Origin: Octopus vulgaris
Taxonomy: Eukaryota
NCBI GenBank assembly: GCA_951406725.2
Contig: OX597817.1
Coordinates: 48,918,001 to 48,982,000 of the forward strand
DNA length: 64,000 nucleotides
Reading direction: 5' to 3'
In this document: in pieces, positions 12,459-25,649 of the stretch
Layout of the letters: each line of letters starts with the position of its first letter
Numbering within the stretch: the first letter of the stretch is position 1
Made by a program: the position numbers and the translations under genes
The notes under the pieces: generated by a model
The model's input: the letters and a program-made list of their open reading frames with translations, nothing else
The model's database searches: none
Told to the model about the DNA's origin: nothing

Positions 12459-12757
12459 TGAAAGGTAAAGTCGACCTCGGCGGAATTTGAACTCAGAACG
12501 TAACGGCAGACGAAATACCTATTTCTATTTCTTTATTACCCACAAGGGGCTAAACACAGAGTGGACAAACAAGGACAGACAAACGGATTAAGTCGATTAC
12601 ATCGATCCCAGTGCGTAACTGGTACTTAATTTATTGACCTCGAAAGGATGAAAGGCAAAGTCGACCTCGGCGGAATTTGAACTCAGAACGTAGCGGCAGA
12701 CGAAATACGGCTACGCATTTCGCCTGGCGTGCTAACGTTTCTGACAGCTCGCCGCCT
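12459..12757 (-). mobile_element. SINE A2 (full unit plus partial second unit)
   Basis: Reverse complement of the A2 consensus; tail-to-tail with 12010-12410. Confidence 0.9.
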
Positions 12758-13207
12758 TAGTACCTCGTTAATATTGAGATTACGATAATGTTGACCCATA
12801 CAAACAAGACAGTTATGAATAGGGTTTTAAAATTTTTCATTGCTCAAAATGATATAAACATTTTGACAGGTAAAAAGAATTAGTCGACCGATTCAAAAAT
12901 ACTGAGAGAGTAAAATATTTTCTAACATACACGTTTAGATATTATACAAAAAGCGACAATTGACTGTTTGTGAATATGTTTAATACAGAAGATTCTGCTC
13001 ACGTTTTAATTGAGACAAAATATAAAACCCGCATTACTTTGCATAATAATTCTGAGTTATGCAAACTTTATGACAAAAGTCTTAATGTAAATTTTGCAAA
13101 TCCCTTCTCTTTAACTTTTTATGATTTTAATTCGGCTTTTTATGATTTTAGTTCGGCTTTTCAGTAGACCTGCTAAGCAGTGTTGTTAATGTTGGCATTG
13201 TCTAGCC

Positions 13208-13577
13208 CAGTGCTCCGCAACCTTTTTTCACTTGCTGTACACTTATATTCTTTTCAAAATTCTGCGGCACACCTGAACTAAAAATGTAACTAAAAGTATA
13301 GAGAGAAAAAAATCCAAGTTACACTGCGGCACACCTGAACTAAAAACGTAACTAAAAGTATTGAGGGAAAAAAATTCCAAGTTACACTGCGACACACCTG
13401 AACTAAAAACGTAACTAAAAGTATTGAGGGAAAAAAATTCCAAGTTACACTGCGACACACCTGAACTAAAAATGTAAGTAAAAGTATAGAAGGGAAAAAA
13501 TCAAGTTACACTGCGGCACACCTAGCATCGTCTCGTGATACACCCGTGTACCGCAATTTACTGGTTACAGAGCACTA
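13208..13577. mobile_element. hAT/Charlie-like MITE with internal 61-63-bp tandem repeat
   Basis: TIR CAGTGCTCCGCAACC / GGTTACAGAGCACTA; degenerate 8-bp TSD gtctagcc / gtttagtt; 4 full units starting at 13262, 13324, 13387 and 13450 plus a partial at 13511. Confidence 0.75.
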
Positions 13578-13838
13578 GTTTAGTTCCATGTTAACATTCA
13601 ATTATGCAGACTTATTTATTAAAGGCATTCCAGTTGCAATCAACCTCTTTTACACGTATCTAGGACTATATTATGTAATGTGTTCTTACCTTTCTTGATA
13701 AGGTTGGGTGAGATTTGAGGGTCAGTTGCTGACAATTTCCAGCAAGCTGATTGGTGACAGTATTGCATATTGCCTTGTAACGCATGTAAACATACCACGC
13801 CCATTCACTGAAATACACACGGGCTCCTGCAACCCCTT

Positions 13839-14073
13839 AAGGCGGCGAGCTGGCAGAAACGTTAGCATGCCGGGCGAAATGCTCAGCAGTATTTCGACTA
13901 TCACTACGTTCTGAGTTCAAATTCCGCCGAGGTCGACTTTGCCTTTCATTCTTTCGGAGTCGATTAAAAAAGTACCAGTTACGCAGTGGGGTCGATATAA
14001 TCGACTTAATCCGTTTGTCTGTCCTTGTTTGTCCTCTCTGTGTTTAGCCCCTTGTGGGTAGTAAAAGAAATGA
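13839..14073 (+). mobile_element. SINE A2 monomer with TSD
   Basis: 16-bp TSD gctcctgcaacccctt at 13823-13838 and 14074-14089. Confidence 0.92.
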
Positions 14074-14725
14074 GCTCCTGCAACCCCTTCCTCTCCCTCA
14101 CGCTCTCACATATCCACTTCCACAGACACCCCCCATTCACACGCGTGCGCGCAGATAGACATGTAAACGGTTTCAGTAATTGGATAGTGGAATTACTGTG
14201 ACACTACATGTATAGAATCGATTAAATCGATTCCAGTACTTAAAATGTTACTTGATCAATATAAAATGCGAAAGGCAACATCAACCTGAGTGGGATTCGA
14301 AATCAGAACGTATACATGAAATGTTCTGCCCGACACCCTACCGATTCTACCACCTATAGCTACAAACGTATATACAAAACAATCAGATTTGAACTGACGT
14401 AACGTTATTATCAACACCCGAACACCAATAAAACATTGAAATCATTCCACATAAAATTGAACTCCTGTATTGTTTGCTGTTAAAGCTATAAAAATGTTTT
14501 CTCTCGTAGACGAAGTCGATTTATGTCAAAGGATGTTTATCTTCTATTGTTACAACAGCTTGCAAGTTTAATCGTTTCATAGCAGACTACGCCCCACAGC
14601 TAAGCAAAAAATGATCTTCTGCTGTTTCTGATCACCTAACAACAGCCACCAAATTAACCTCAAATCACACCTTATCGTTTAAGAATCGAGGCACAGTAGA
14701 AAATATAATCCTATCTACTTTATGT

Positions 14726-14970
14726 GGAGGTGCGTGGCTTAGTGGTTAGGGTGTCAGCATCATGATCGTAAGATTGTGGTTTCGATTCCTGGACCGGGCG
14801 ACGTGTTGTGTTCTTGAGCAAAACACTTCATTTCACGTTGCTCCAGTCCACTCAGCTGGCAAAAATGAGTAACGCCGCGATGGACTGGCGTCCTGTCCAG
14901 CTGGGGAACACATACGCCATAGAAACCGAGAAACCGGGCCCATGAGCCTGGCTAGGCTTTCAAAGGGTGC
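14726..14970 (+). mobile_element. SINE family D (Meta-like)
   Basis: TGGCTTAGTGGTTAG / GGTTTCGATTCC boxes; TGTGTTCTTGAGCAAAACACTT..CTCCAGTCCACTCAGCTG core. Confidence 0.85.
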
Positions 14971-15524
14971 ATTTATTTTTTTTTTTTATCTACTTTATAC
15001 CTGAAATATATATTTTTCAGATCTAGATTGTAGTTCTGTTGGATGAGGACTGACCTGAGGCTAAACAACCTCAATACCTGTTCCATAAGATATGTGTTCT
15101 CGCCCGCTGTTCCTTATAATTTTTGACAAGAGAGTTTACTACCATCATTGATGAAAATGAAATTAGCGAACAATAAACGAATGTCTTTATATTAAAATCA
15201 TAAGAAAGAACAAGGATTTAACACATCCAAACACATCATTAACTGGTGCCCTTTAAGCCTTAAAGCCAGTGTTCTTGGCCATTCTGTTTAATTCCTGTTA
15301 CGGTATTCAAATCACACATGCTTTTAAGTACTTTGGTACTGACGCGTTTAAAGAATGACAGTCGGGCCATTTCGAATAAAGGACTTAGCATTTAGAATGT
15401 TTAAAATTTACTTCTTAAATCCCATAGAGGCCGACAAAGTATTTCATTTTTTTTTTAAATGCTGTAAGTTTATGTCAATAGTTATGAAAACAGTGATGTA
15501 TAATGAAAACAAATATAATCCATA

Positions 15525-15826
15525 TCACCGTGACCGACCAGGCTATCAGATGTTGCTACACATCGCTGGTCACAATGCGCTTCGCCTTGTTTTAGCCTTC
15601 AAATGATGCCACCCCGCTGGCTAAGCGAGCAGGCCAACAGAAGAAAGAGTGAGAGAAAGTTTTGGCGAAAGAGTACAGCAGGGATCGGCACCACACCCTG
15701 TCGGAGCCTCGTGGAGCTTTAGGTGTTTTCGCTCAATAAACACTCACATCGCCCGGTCTGGGAATCGAAACCGCGATCCTACAACCGCGAGTCCGCTGCC
15801 CTAACCACTGGGCCATTGCGCCTCCA
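15525..15826 (-). mobile_element. SINE family C
   Basis: Reverse complement of the family C head, with an alternative tail ending GGTCACGGTGAT. Confidence 0.85.
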
Positions 15827-16539
15827 CATAATCCATATATAAAGTATAAATGAAAATAGTTATGTATAAAGTATAAATACATATGTAAAGCATAAAATAT
15901 ATATAAAACAATTTTTAATATTTTTGTTACAAGTAAAACAATACAAAACTATGCAAACATTTACTGCTGTGTAATCATTCTATTATTTGGGACTTTAAAA
16001 GTTATGCCTTGCTTGCCCTTATTTTAGCTAATTTATTGAATCATTACAGCTCTTCTCATTACTAATTTACATCACCATTTTAAAACTGTTTTTCTTACTT
16101 TTACGATTCACACGTAACAATAATATGGAGATTTATCTGTGGAGGTTCGTTACGCCAGTAATAAACACACGCATTGGTTCTATTCTGCTTCTTTGTATTT
16201 TAATTAGACTAATTGCTTGGTCAATCAAACATTTAGTTAGGTTTGCCAAAATTCTTGCGAAAGGACCTAGGAGACAGATATACAGTGCTGGAAGAGAGGG
16301 AGAAAGAGGAGGGTGGAAGCACGTAATTGATGAGGTTGCGAATGGAGACGAAAGAACTTTGACAAATCTGATTGATTGATTGAACGAATGATTAATTAAA
16401 CTATCGAATGGCTAACCAAGTGAAAATTTAAAAAATAATAAAGAAGTAAAATAGAATCAGTATGTGTGTGATTATTATTATTGGCACAATGACCCTCTCG
16501 AGATACAAAGTATATTTCAATACACGAGCTCACATTCAC

Positions 16540-17115
16540 TCATTTGACTGCGGCCATGCTGGAGCACCGCCTTTAGTCGAGCAAATAGACCCCGGGACTT
16601 ATTCTTTGGAAGCCTAGTACTTATTCTATCGGTCTCTTTTGCGGAACCGCTAAGTTACGAGTACGTAAACACACCAGCATTGGTTGTCGAGCGATGTTGG
16701 GGGCGGGGGGGCAAACACAGACACACAAACACACACACACACATATATATATGTATATATATATATGTTTCCGTGAAGAGCTCCGCTCGAAACCTTCCTT
16801 CTTCCCTTCTTTCCTGAGCGTCCAATAATACTATATTTGTTCCACGTCCTCGCGTTGTGTTTTTTTTTGTGTTTTCTTGTTTGGATTAACTTTATATATA
16901 TATATACATATACATATATACGACGGGCTTCTTTCAGTTTCCACCAACCAAATCCATTCACAAAGCTTTGGTCGGCAGAGGCTATAGTAGAAGACACTTG
17001 CCCAAGGTGCCTCGCAGTGGAACTGAACCCAGAACCATGTGGTTGGTAAGCAACCGAGCCAACTAGCAGGAGACCTTGGGAGTAACCCTAAGTACTACAC
17101 AGCCACTCCTAGGCC
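16540..17115 (-). mobile_element. tRNA-derived SINE family B (CORE-like), with inserts
   Basis: GGAGTGGCTGTG head, GGCACCTTGGGCAAGT core, internal (TA/TG)n, GCTCCAGCATGGCCGCAGTCAAATGA tail; ~105-bp foreign piece at 16787-16890 inside its TA tract. Confidence 0.85.
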
Positions 17116-17588
17116 TATAAATAATATCATAATATATTAAACAAATCCATCCTTAAACCACTCTTTGAAAAACTTCCATGCATATTTTATCGTTTTAAAA
17201 TGTACAGATGGACACAGGAGTGTTTTACACAATATTGATATATAAAATGGAAAGTGACGTATCAAGTTCCTTTTTGTATGCTGCTTGTTTTATCTTTTGC
17301 CATATTATGAAGGTAGATGACCTAGATAAATATATATAGGCGACTGAGAAGGTGTGAGTCTGCAGCTTGTGAGACAAACAGTTATGCAAGCAGACGGTTA
17401 AATATAGACAGAGTGAGAAAGTATAGAGTTAAAGCATGTTAAGGATATCGTGAGTTTTCTTTGTGACGGCCTCAATAACGTTGTAACAAAATGATAGAGA
17501 AAGAGAGAGAAATGCATGGATGCTATTGAAGTGTGAGGGGAATGTTAAGAAATTAAGAACAAGGGCAGAAGCAGGATTTGATTATATA

Positions 17589-17823
17589 TATTTCTTTACT
17601 ACCCACAAGGGGCTAAACACAGAGGAGACAAACAAGGACAGACAAACGGATTAAGTCAATTACATCGAATCCAATGCGTAACTGGTACTTAATTTATCGA
17701 CCCCGGAAGGATGAAAGGCAAAGTCGATCTCGGCGGAATTTGAACTCGGAACGTAACGGCAGACGAAATACGGCAACGCATTTCGCCCGGCGTGCTAACG
17801 TTTCTGCCAGCTCGCCGCCTTCA
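17589..17823 (-). mobile_element. SINE A2 monomer with TSD
   Basis: 16-bp TSD aggatttgattatata at 17573-17588 and 17824-17839. Confidence 0.92.
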
Positions 17824-17849
17824 AGGATTTGATTATATAGACAGACAAG

Positions 17850-18262
17850 GGGTGGGAGCTGGCAGGCACGTTAGCGCGCCGGGCGAAATGCTGAGCGGTA
17901 TTTCGTCTGCCGTTACGTTCTGAGTTCAAATTCCGCTTAGGTCGACTTTGCCTTTCATCCTTTCGCGGTCGATACATTAAGTATCAGTTACGTACTGGGG
18001 GTCGATGTAATCGACTTAATCCGTTTGTCTGTCCTTGTTTGTCCTCTCTGTGCTTAGCCCCTTATGGGTAGTAAAGAAATAGGTATTTCGTCTGCCGTTA
18101 CGTTCTGAGTTCAAATTCTGCCGAGGTCGACTTTGCCTTTCATCTTTTCGGGGTCGATAAATATAGTACCAGTTTCGCACTGGGGTAGATGTAATTGACT
18201 TAATCCGTTTGTCTGTCCTTGTTTGTCCCCTCTATGTTTAGCCTCTTGGGCAATAAAGAAAT
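17850..18262 (+). mobile_element. SINE A2 dimer
   Basis: GTAGTAAAGAAATA|GGTATTTCG junction at ~18081; final GCAATAAAGAAATA. Confidence 0.9.
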
Positions 18263-18639
18263 ATATATAGACAAAAAAAAAACTGAAAAGCGCACACACG
18301 CATACGAAAAAAAGGAGAAAATGAAAAGCAAGAAGAAAATAGATTAATATTTGAAACAAACCCATAAATACTTGAAACGAAACTAATAGGAAACAAATAA
18401 TCTCCATCGTTTTTCACAGGTACTGCACTAGTTAATATTTAATAATAAATGCGAATTCTGATATCGATGACCACTGTCGATCAGAGCTGACCATGTATCA
18501 CGTATGTGCACCTATATGCACAAGCCTAGTCAAGATTTATTTTTTGTAAAAGGAGCAGTTGTCCTTGCATACAAGTTTCCTCTGCCCAAGGGAAATGTAA
18601 GGCAAAGTCCGTTACAACGAAAACACATGGTATCCCATC

Positions 18640-19350
18640 TGTTGCCCTACCAGTTCCAGCAATCCATTGCTCTAGATTGGTACCTCATTTTATCGACTCC
18701 AATAAATCTGAAAGGTAAAGTTGACCAGCACGAGATGTGGACCCAGCATGTAGAGAGCCAAAGTACTGTGCAAGGCTTTCTATACGACGTTCTACCGATT
18801 CAGCCAATATGTCATATATTCCAGCAACTAAGTAACTTGTTCTAATTTTGACACAAAAAACTTTTTTGACACAAAAAACTTTTTTAGGCTAACTGAAGTC
18901 GATTACAATGACACATTGCTCGACTGATATTTGTTTTATCGATCATGAAGGGATGAACGACAAATTCGATCTTGGTGGTATTTGAACCCAGAACGTAAAA
19001 GAGCTGGGCGAAATGCCGCTAAGCATCCTGTCCGGCTTGCTAATTATTCTACCAGCTTGCTGTTTTATTCCAGTAACTATTTAATATCTTGTTAAAAACA
19101 TTAACAGGTGAAATAAGAATCCCTTTTAATATTTTATTCAAATGTAAGGCGGCGAGCTGGCAGAATCGTTAGCACTCCGGGCAAAATGCCCAGCGGCGTT
19201 TCGTCCGTCTGCACCTTTCCAGTTCAAATTCCACCGAGGTCAACTTTGCCTTTCATCCTTTCGAGGTCGATAAAATAAGTACCAGTTGAGCACTGGGATC
19301 GATGTAACTGACTTACCCAATTCCCCGAAATTGCTGGCCTTGTGCAAAAA
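18640..19350. mobile_element. Cluster of older SINE A copies (two minus, one plus)
   Basis: Degenerate Nin-like cores at ~18680 and ~18930; near-consensus plus-strand copy at 19148-19350. Confidence 0.7.
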
Positions 19351-20171
19351 TCTTAAGTAAATATCTTATTCATGTGTAATTGATATATTCTAGCGTGACA
19401 TGAATTTCTCTGTTGATACCGAAAACATTAACCGCTCCTATTAAATATTTAACTTATCAACATAAACGATTTGCCTTACTATCTCGGCCAATTATGAGAA
19501 TGGACGAGCAAATTAACATATTTTCTTTCTATCTATCTATCTGTCAATGTTTGTGTGCCTGAACTTATCTATATAATCTATCAGTGTGTGCGTGTGTGTT
19601 GTACATAAGTATGTATGAAGGTATGTATACTAGCAAAGATACCCGTTATTGGCAAAAATAAAGGAAAGCTTTTTTTCCCTTTTCTTTCCTTTGTTTTGTT
19701 GTTAAACTTGATATACTGTAATTCTTCAGACTGGGCATTTTGTGTGGAGTGTATTATCATTGCAGTATATACAAATACATGTTTAAAGTTGAGAAATTTT
19801 GGGCTTCTACGTATCACATAAAATACAAACAAGGCCAAAGTGGGCCTTCAGGGTACAAGGTGAATAAGAATAAGTGAGACAGGGTTGCCAAGAGTGAATG
19901 GGAGGAATAGGGGGTATGTGATGCGGACGAAATAGACATGATGATGCAACACAAAGATGCGCACGCACGCATATTTAGTATGTAAGTAGAGTTATGATCC
20001 AAGGTGTGTCCCCATGAAACTATTCTGCATATTCTAGTGCCCAAAAATTGTATATAAATGGTATACTTCTGTGAGGCATGCATAAGAGTTGAAAAATACT
20101 GGAAAATAAATTTTCTGAAATAATTACATCTCAAAACAGGAGATTGGAAATTTTTTCAGTCTCCTGCTTTC

Positions 20172-20203
<32 letters not shown>

Positions 20204-20246
20204 GCGGTGCTCCAGCATGGCCGCAGTCAAATGAAACAAGTAAAAG

Positions 20247-20297
<51 letters not shown>

Positions 20298-20832
20298 CTT
20301 CTTGCCTAATGCGGGCCCGGAATAGGGTTTTAGACTGGTTCGGTGTTACGTGTCAAAAGTGAAAAAATAAGGTCTATATTGTAATGTGCAACAATATTGT
20401 TTCACTTTTAATTCTAATGTGATAAGACTATAATATTGTTTCACTTTTATCCTTTCACTTTTAATTCCGAGATCATCTTATTTCTATTATATTTGAAATA
20501 AATGGATAATGTATATCCTATTGTGAACAACATTACGTCTTTACGGCCACAACAACGGAATGGTGTGTCAGTATAAGTGTGTTGACTGACATAATGAACG
20601 GCCATAGGTGAATCTCTTGACAGAAAAAAAAACAAAAAAAAAACAATGAGGTGGCTGGTCAATTAGCAGTCAATAATTATCGCAGCAGTTGCAAGGTATT
20701 TACAGCTACATATTAACCCTTAAATTAAAATTTTATATATATGCTTAATATATATATATATGTATTAGGAAATTTATCTAAATATTAAAATTTCTAAGTC
20801 TATTTAAAAGAGACCACGGCAGCGGTACTAGA

Positions 20833-21122
20833 AATTAACAGTTATCGCCAAGCTAATATGGCAGTCCATAAATATAAGACTAAAGCTGCCGTTGATTAGC
20901 TCCAAGAGGCCATCGCCTCTAGCTAGCTATATGACACACGAACCTGTGTCCGTTATAACCTTCGAACAGGGGAGGTCGGCCGCTTCCCCTTGAATGTTAT
21001 AATGGACACTGGTCCGTGTGTCATATAGCTAGCTAGAGGCGATGGCCTCTTGGAGCTAATCAACGGCAGTTTTAGTCTTATATTTATGGACTGCCATATT
21101 AGCTTGGCGATAACAGTTAATT
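20833..21122. repeat. Long fold-back palindrome (~125-bp arms)
   Basis: AATTAAC.GTTATCGCCAAGC...GTTATAAC arm inverted at ~20996-21122; the spacer itself contains AGGGGA..TCCCCT. Confidence 0.92.
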
Positions 21123-21439
21123 ATTGTGGAATTTACCGTTAAATTAGCAGTTCGTGTGAGTGCTTCTGTTTGGTTAATTTGCTTATACTTGGTTCATTTA
21201 CGCTGCATACAAAAATAAAGACATACAACTGCTTACAAAAATAGATATTAATGTATAACTTTTTTAAAAAAGCTCACTTTTTTATATTTATCATGTTTAA
21301 TATCTGTTAAATGTGTATAATTTTGAATTTTGTTTATAATTTTATTGTTTTTCTTTTTAACAATTTTATTTTCATTCCTGTTGGATACGTCTTATTTGTC
21401 CACGACTGCTTTTTTTCGATTTGGCAGCAATCATTTTCT

Positions 21440-21700
21440 TTACCTCCACCCCCAAGTTGGAGCAATCATTTAACTTAGTTTAAAGAACACATTCAGTTAG
21501 CAGTGCAGGAGCTAACTCCTGAAATGCTTCAAAATGTGCTTCACAACGCTAAGGAGAGATTTGAAGAATGCAAGGATAGAGACGTTGAAAATTTTCCATG
21601 AAAGTTTGACATAAGATCAATAAATTTGTTTTGGTATCATAATTAAATAATAAACATAAAATCCTGGGTTTTTTTAATTTGCTCAATTTCATTGAAACAG
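21440..21700 (+). mobile_element. Tc1/mariner-superfamily transposase C-terminal remnant
   Basis: LKEHIQLAVQELTPEMLQNVLHNAKERFEECKDRD resembles the C-terminal helices of Tc1-like transposases. Confidence 0.45.
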
Positions 21701-22244
21701 AGAGTTAATTCTGTAACAGCCTATATGGTGCAGCGTTGTTAGTTGTTGCGTTGCTCGAGTAAATATTAAAATCAAAGGTTTTCGCGGCGTAAACATCCCA
21801 TCTTTTTGTTAAGCGTATTGTATCAAGGAGTATATTATCCAAGATGTATCTCTCCTTTATAGGCGTGGCTGTGTTGTTGAAAAGCTTGCTTTCTAACCAT
21901 GTCACCTTGGGTTCAGTCCCACTGTGCGGCACGTTGGGCAATTCTCTTACATTACAATTCCGTGCCAACCAAATCCCTGTGTATTATATAATTGCCATTA
22001 CTGTATTGATATATAGAATAACATGTACAGCTCACTTATTATTGTCATATAATAAACAAACAGAAGTTCCTGTATGAAATTGATCTTTTTTCTACTTCAA
22101 TTATTACATATTTCTCTTATAAAATGCACACATACAGGAGGAGTAAATCTCTATATATAATAACACTTTGAATGTGGGTCCGAAAAAGAGTAAAATTACC
22201 CGATCAACGACGGGTATTGTTGCTAATGTGTGTGCGTGTGTGTA

Positions 22245-22960
22245 TTGGGTTGTCCGGAAAGTTCATGCCGACTTTTAGTCGTTCATGTTCCAACACGATA
22301 GAACACGTCATATTTATCGATACATATAATATGCTTGTATTTCCGGTTAGCGCACACTTCAAACTATCTCTTGAGAAAGGCAGTTTAAAATTACTTAATT
22401 CATGTCAATTTTGCATCCCAAAGAAACTGAAAGATTATAAGGTGCATTTTAGACACTTGATTTTTTTTATTATCGTAAAGGCAAAAATGCCTCGCAAGTC
22501 ACCCCCTCCCCCAGATATGGTGTGTGTACGGTGAATATACTTTTAGCTGGCAGAACTGTACGGAAGTGGTTCACTAAGTTTAGAGTTGGTGATTGTAGCC
22601 TTATTGATGAAGAACGCTCAAGAAGCCCCACTACCACCACTTCAGATGACGACCAAATCAAGACATTGATTGAGAATAACCCGTACTACATAACGCGGGA
22701 ATAGGCAGAAACACTAAATTTATGAAATTGCACCATCCATCAGCACTTAGGGAAGCTTGGACACTCTTATCGCTACGATGTTTGGGCACCACATGATCCG
22801 AATGAAAAGAATCTTTCCGTGATTTAGATGCATAAACGCGATGAAAAGGCACCTTTTTTTAAGCAAATTGTGACGAGTGATGCGATGTGGATCGTTTACA
22901 ACAATGTTCAGCGAAAATGATCCTGAGTTAAGCGACATGAGACACCTTTAGCCACCCACA
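22245..22960 (+). mobile_element. Mariner element, 5' half, pseudogenised
   Basis: TA + TIR TTGGGTTGTCCGGAAAG; HTH region (RTVRKWFTKFRVGDCSLIDEERS), WAPHD (=WVPHEL), QIVTSDAMWIVYNN (first D); frameshifts and stops. Confidence 0.88.
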
Positions 22961-23469
22961 TGGCTTTAATACACTTGCCCAAGGTGCCACGTAACGGGAG
23001 TGAACTCGGAACAATGTGGTTGAGAAGCAAGCCTTGCCTGCACCTATATAACTAAGAGTTTCAACAAAACGGTTAACTAGAGTAGAAGACGTATCAATGT
23101 TGACGACATACCTTTATGGCAACGATGGCGGATCCAAGTTAATTTAGGAATTTATCTGAGACATCACAATCGTGTGTTTTACTAAAATAATTCTTGATTA
23201 ATTGTGTAGTGTACCTCGTTTCAACTCAAATCATTAAGACTGTTTAATTTTGCAAAGGAAATAATGATCAGAATTTATGCAATAATCTCGGAGATAAAAT
23301 CAAAATAATGAAAGGCTGCCCTTGGAACAGCTTTGGACTTTTTCTCTCCAAATGTGCTTTTTAAACCCGGTATTTACATGTTGTTTTATAGCTTTATCTA
23401 CTTCTTGTACAACCGTTAAAAACGAATCATTTCACTTTCTCTCGAAGTTTCTATAATCTTATGGTGTAA

Positions 23470-24130
23470 ACAATACATTCCATCATTTCATGCATCATTG
23501 TATCGCAGTAGCGGCCAGACCATCAAATGCTGTTATACACCACTGGTCACAATGCGCTTCTAATTCTGTCTTGATTGCACCATTCTTTTCCATCTTGAGC
23601 CAAATTGTTTTACTAAATCGTCTTCCCATCGTCGTTGAGGTCTTCCTAATGGCTTTCCCGATCTCGCTGATACTACCTGACAACTGTATGGTTTCATCTG
23701 TTGTCTGTGAACTTTGTGACACGTCAGGCCCAGCGGAACTTGTGCTTTCGGCATTCTGTGATCACATCGTTCACTCCACTTCGTTCTCGAATCATTTCAT
23801 TTCAAATATACCCTCCTAATGATATTCCTTGCATGGATCTTTCCAAGGTCCTTTGCGTCCGAGCCAACCGATGTTCCGCCCTCTTCGTAGTAATCCACGT
23901 CGCACTTGCGTAAAGACCGCAGGCAGGATAGTGTTATTGAAGATGTTAGCACGTATGGTATTGTCGAGCTTTGCTTTGAGCACATCCTTTATTGAGTTAA
24001 ATGCCTTTCATCCTTCCCGTATTCTCTTTGAGATTTCAGCATCCATAACGTGGCGCATATTTACTATCTAACCTAAATAGACGTACTCCTTCGTCTCCTA
24101 GATTCCATTTTTTCCAACCTCTATTCGGCC
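23470..24130 (-). mobile_element. RTE-clade LINE 3' fragment
   Basis: Minus strand YASATW..TQRTLERSMQGISL...NEMIRERSGVNDVI..KFRWA..GRPQRRWEDDL. Confidence 0.85.
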
Positions 24131-24194
24131 TTGTGATACGTCTTCCGAACTTAGTAGTAGGTCTTAAAATGAACCGCATGAAAACAAATTGCAT

Positions 24195-24292
24195 ATGTAT
24201 GCATACATACATGCATGCATGCATGCATACATGCATGCATGCATGCATGCATACATACATACATGCATGCATGCATACATGCATACATGTAT
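24195..24292. repeat. (ATGC/ATAC)n microsatellite
   Basis: Direct inspection. Confidence 0.95.
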
Positions 24293-25594
24293 GCGTTATA
24301 TAAAACAAAACAGGAGAGCTTGCTTGTATTACAGTTAGTCACATGATCTTAACCTCGTTTCACTTTCACTCAATAAATATCAGTAATAAAGAAAAACTTA
24401 TTTGCATTGTCAAATGCCGAGGAAGTGCGTAATACTCATTATTTATTTTCATACTGAGTGAAGCAGCGATGTTGCGTAAACAATGCTTAAGTACTCCTCT
24501 ACTTATACTCCATGACATGCGTAACTATAGATACCAACAAGATGAACCTTAAACTGTAATATGAGTCTTTTTCAGAGTTACTCTCTGGATAACCTAGAAA
24601 ACAAACAGATTTTTGAATACGACACTTTTTCGTTCGATTTTAACTTAAATCGGTACACAACAGCTATTTATTTTATTGACCTAAAAAAGGTGAAAGGCAA
24701 AATCGACCTCGGCGGTATTCGAACTCAGAATGTAAAGCCAAAATGTAAAGCCGCTAAGCATTTTGTCCAGTGTGCTAATGATTATTTCAGATCACTGACT
24801 AAATAAAGGTTTCAAGTTTTGGCACAAGGCCAATAACCTTAGGAATGCGGATGTCATAACTAGTACTTATTTTATTAATCCCGAAAGGAAAAAAGGTGAA
24901 GTCCTGAAAAGATTAAAGGCAAAGCCAACCTCGCGTGAGTTTGAACCCAGAACGTAATAAGTCGAAAGTAATACATCTAAGATTTTTTTCCAACGCGTTG
25001 ACAATTCTGCCAACTCGCTACCTAATAATAATAATAAAAATGTTCCTTTCTACTAAAGGTACAAGGCCTAAATAATTTTAGGGGAGAGGGCGAGTCGATT
25101 ATATCCAGTACTCCGAATGGATGAAAGGCAAAATCAAGCAATATGCAGCTTTAAGCTAATGTTTGTTTTGTCTTTCCTAGAATTATCAAGAATTAACTAT
25201 AAACCACGCAACTCGTGATATCTGAGATGTCAATGTTCTCAAAGAATATTGTCCCATTAAGCCTAGTGTAAATAATAAATAGGTCACTGAATTTTTAGAA
25301 TATGAATATCCTTAGCTATACGTCACATACTGCCAATTCAGTCCAGGTTTAGCCACTTTAATTCTGACAATTGCTGGATTACGAAAACTGATTTTTGTTT
25401 TAAAGGCACCGTACAAGAACCCTCTGTGCAAATATATACGTAGAACATACACATTACTATGTTATCAAAGGTAGAACCAAGCTTAAAGAAGGAAATAGTA
25501 TAGTGGAAGACACTTGCCCAAGGAGCCCCGCAGGGTGACTGAACCATGAACCATATAGTTGGGAAACAAACTTCTTGCCACACAGCCACACCTG

Positions 25595-25635
<41 letters not shown>

Positions 25636-25649
25636 TCTGCTTCGAAGTC

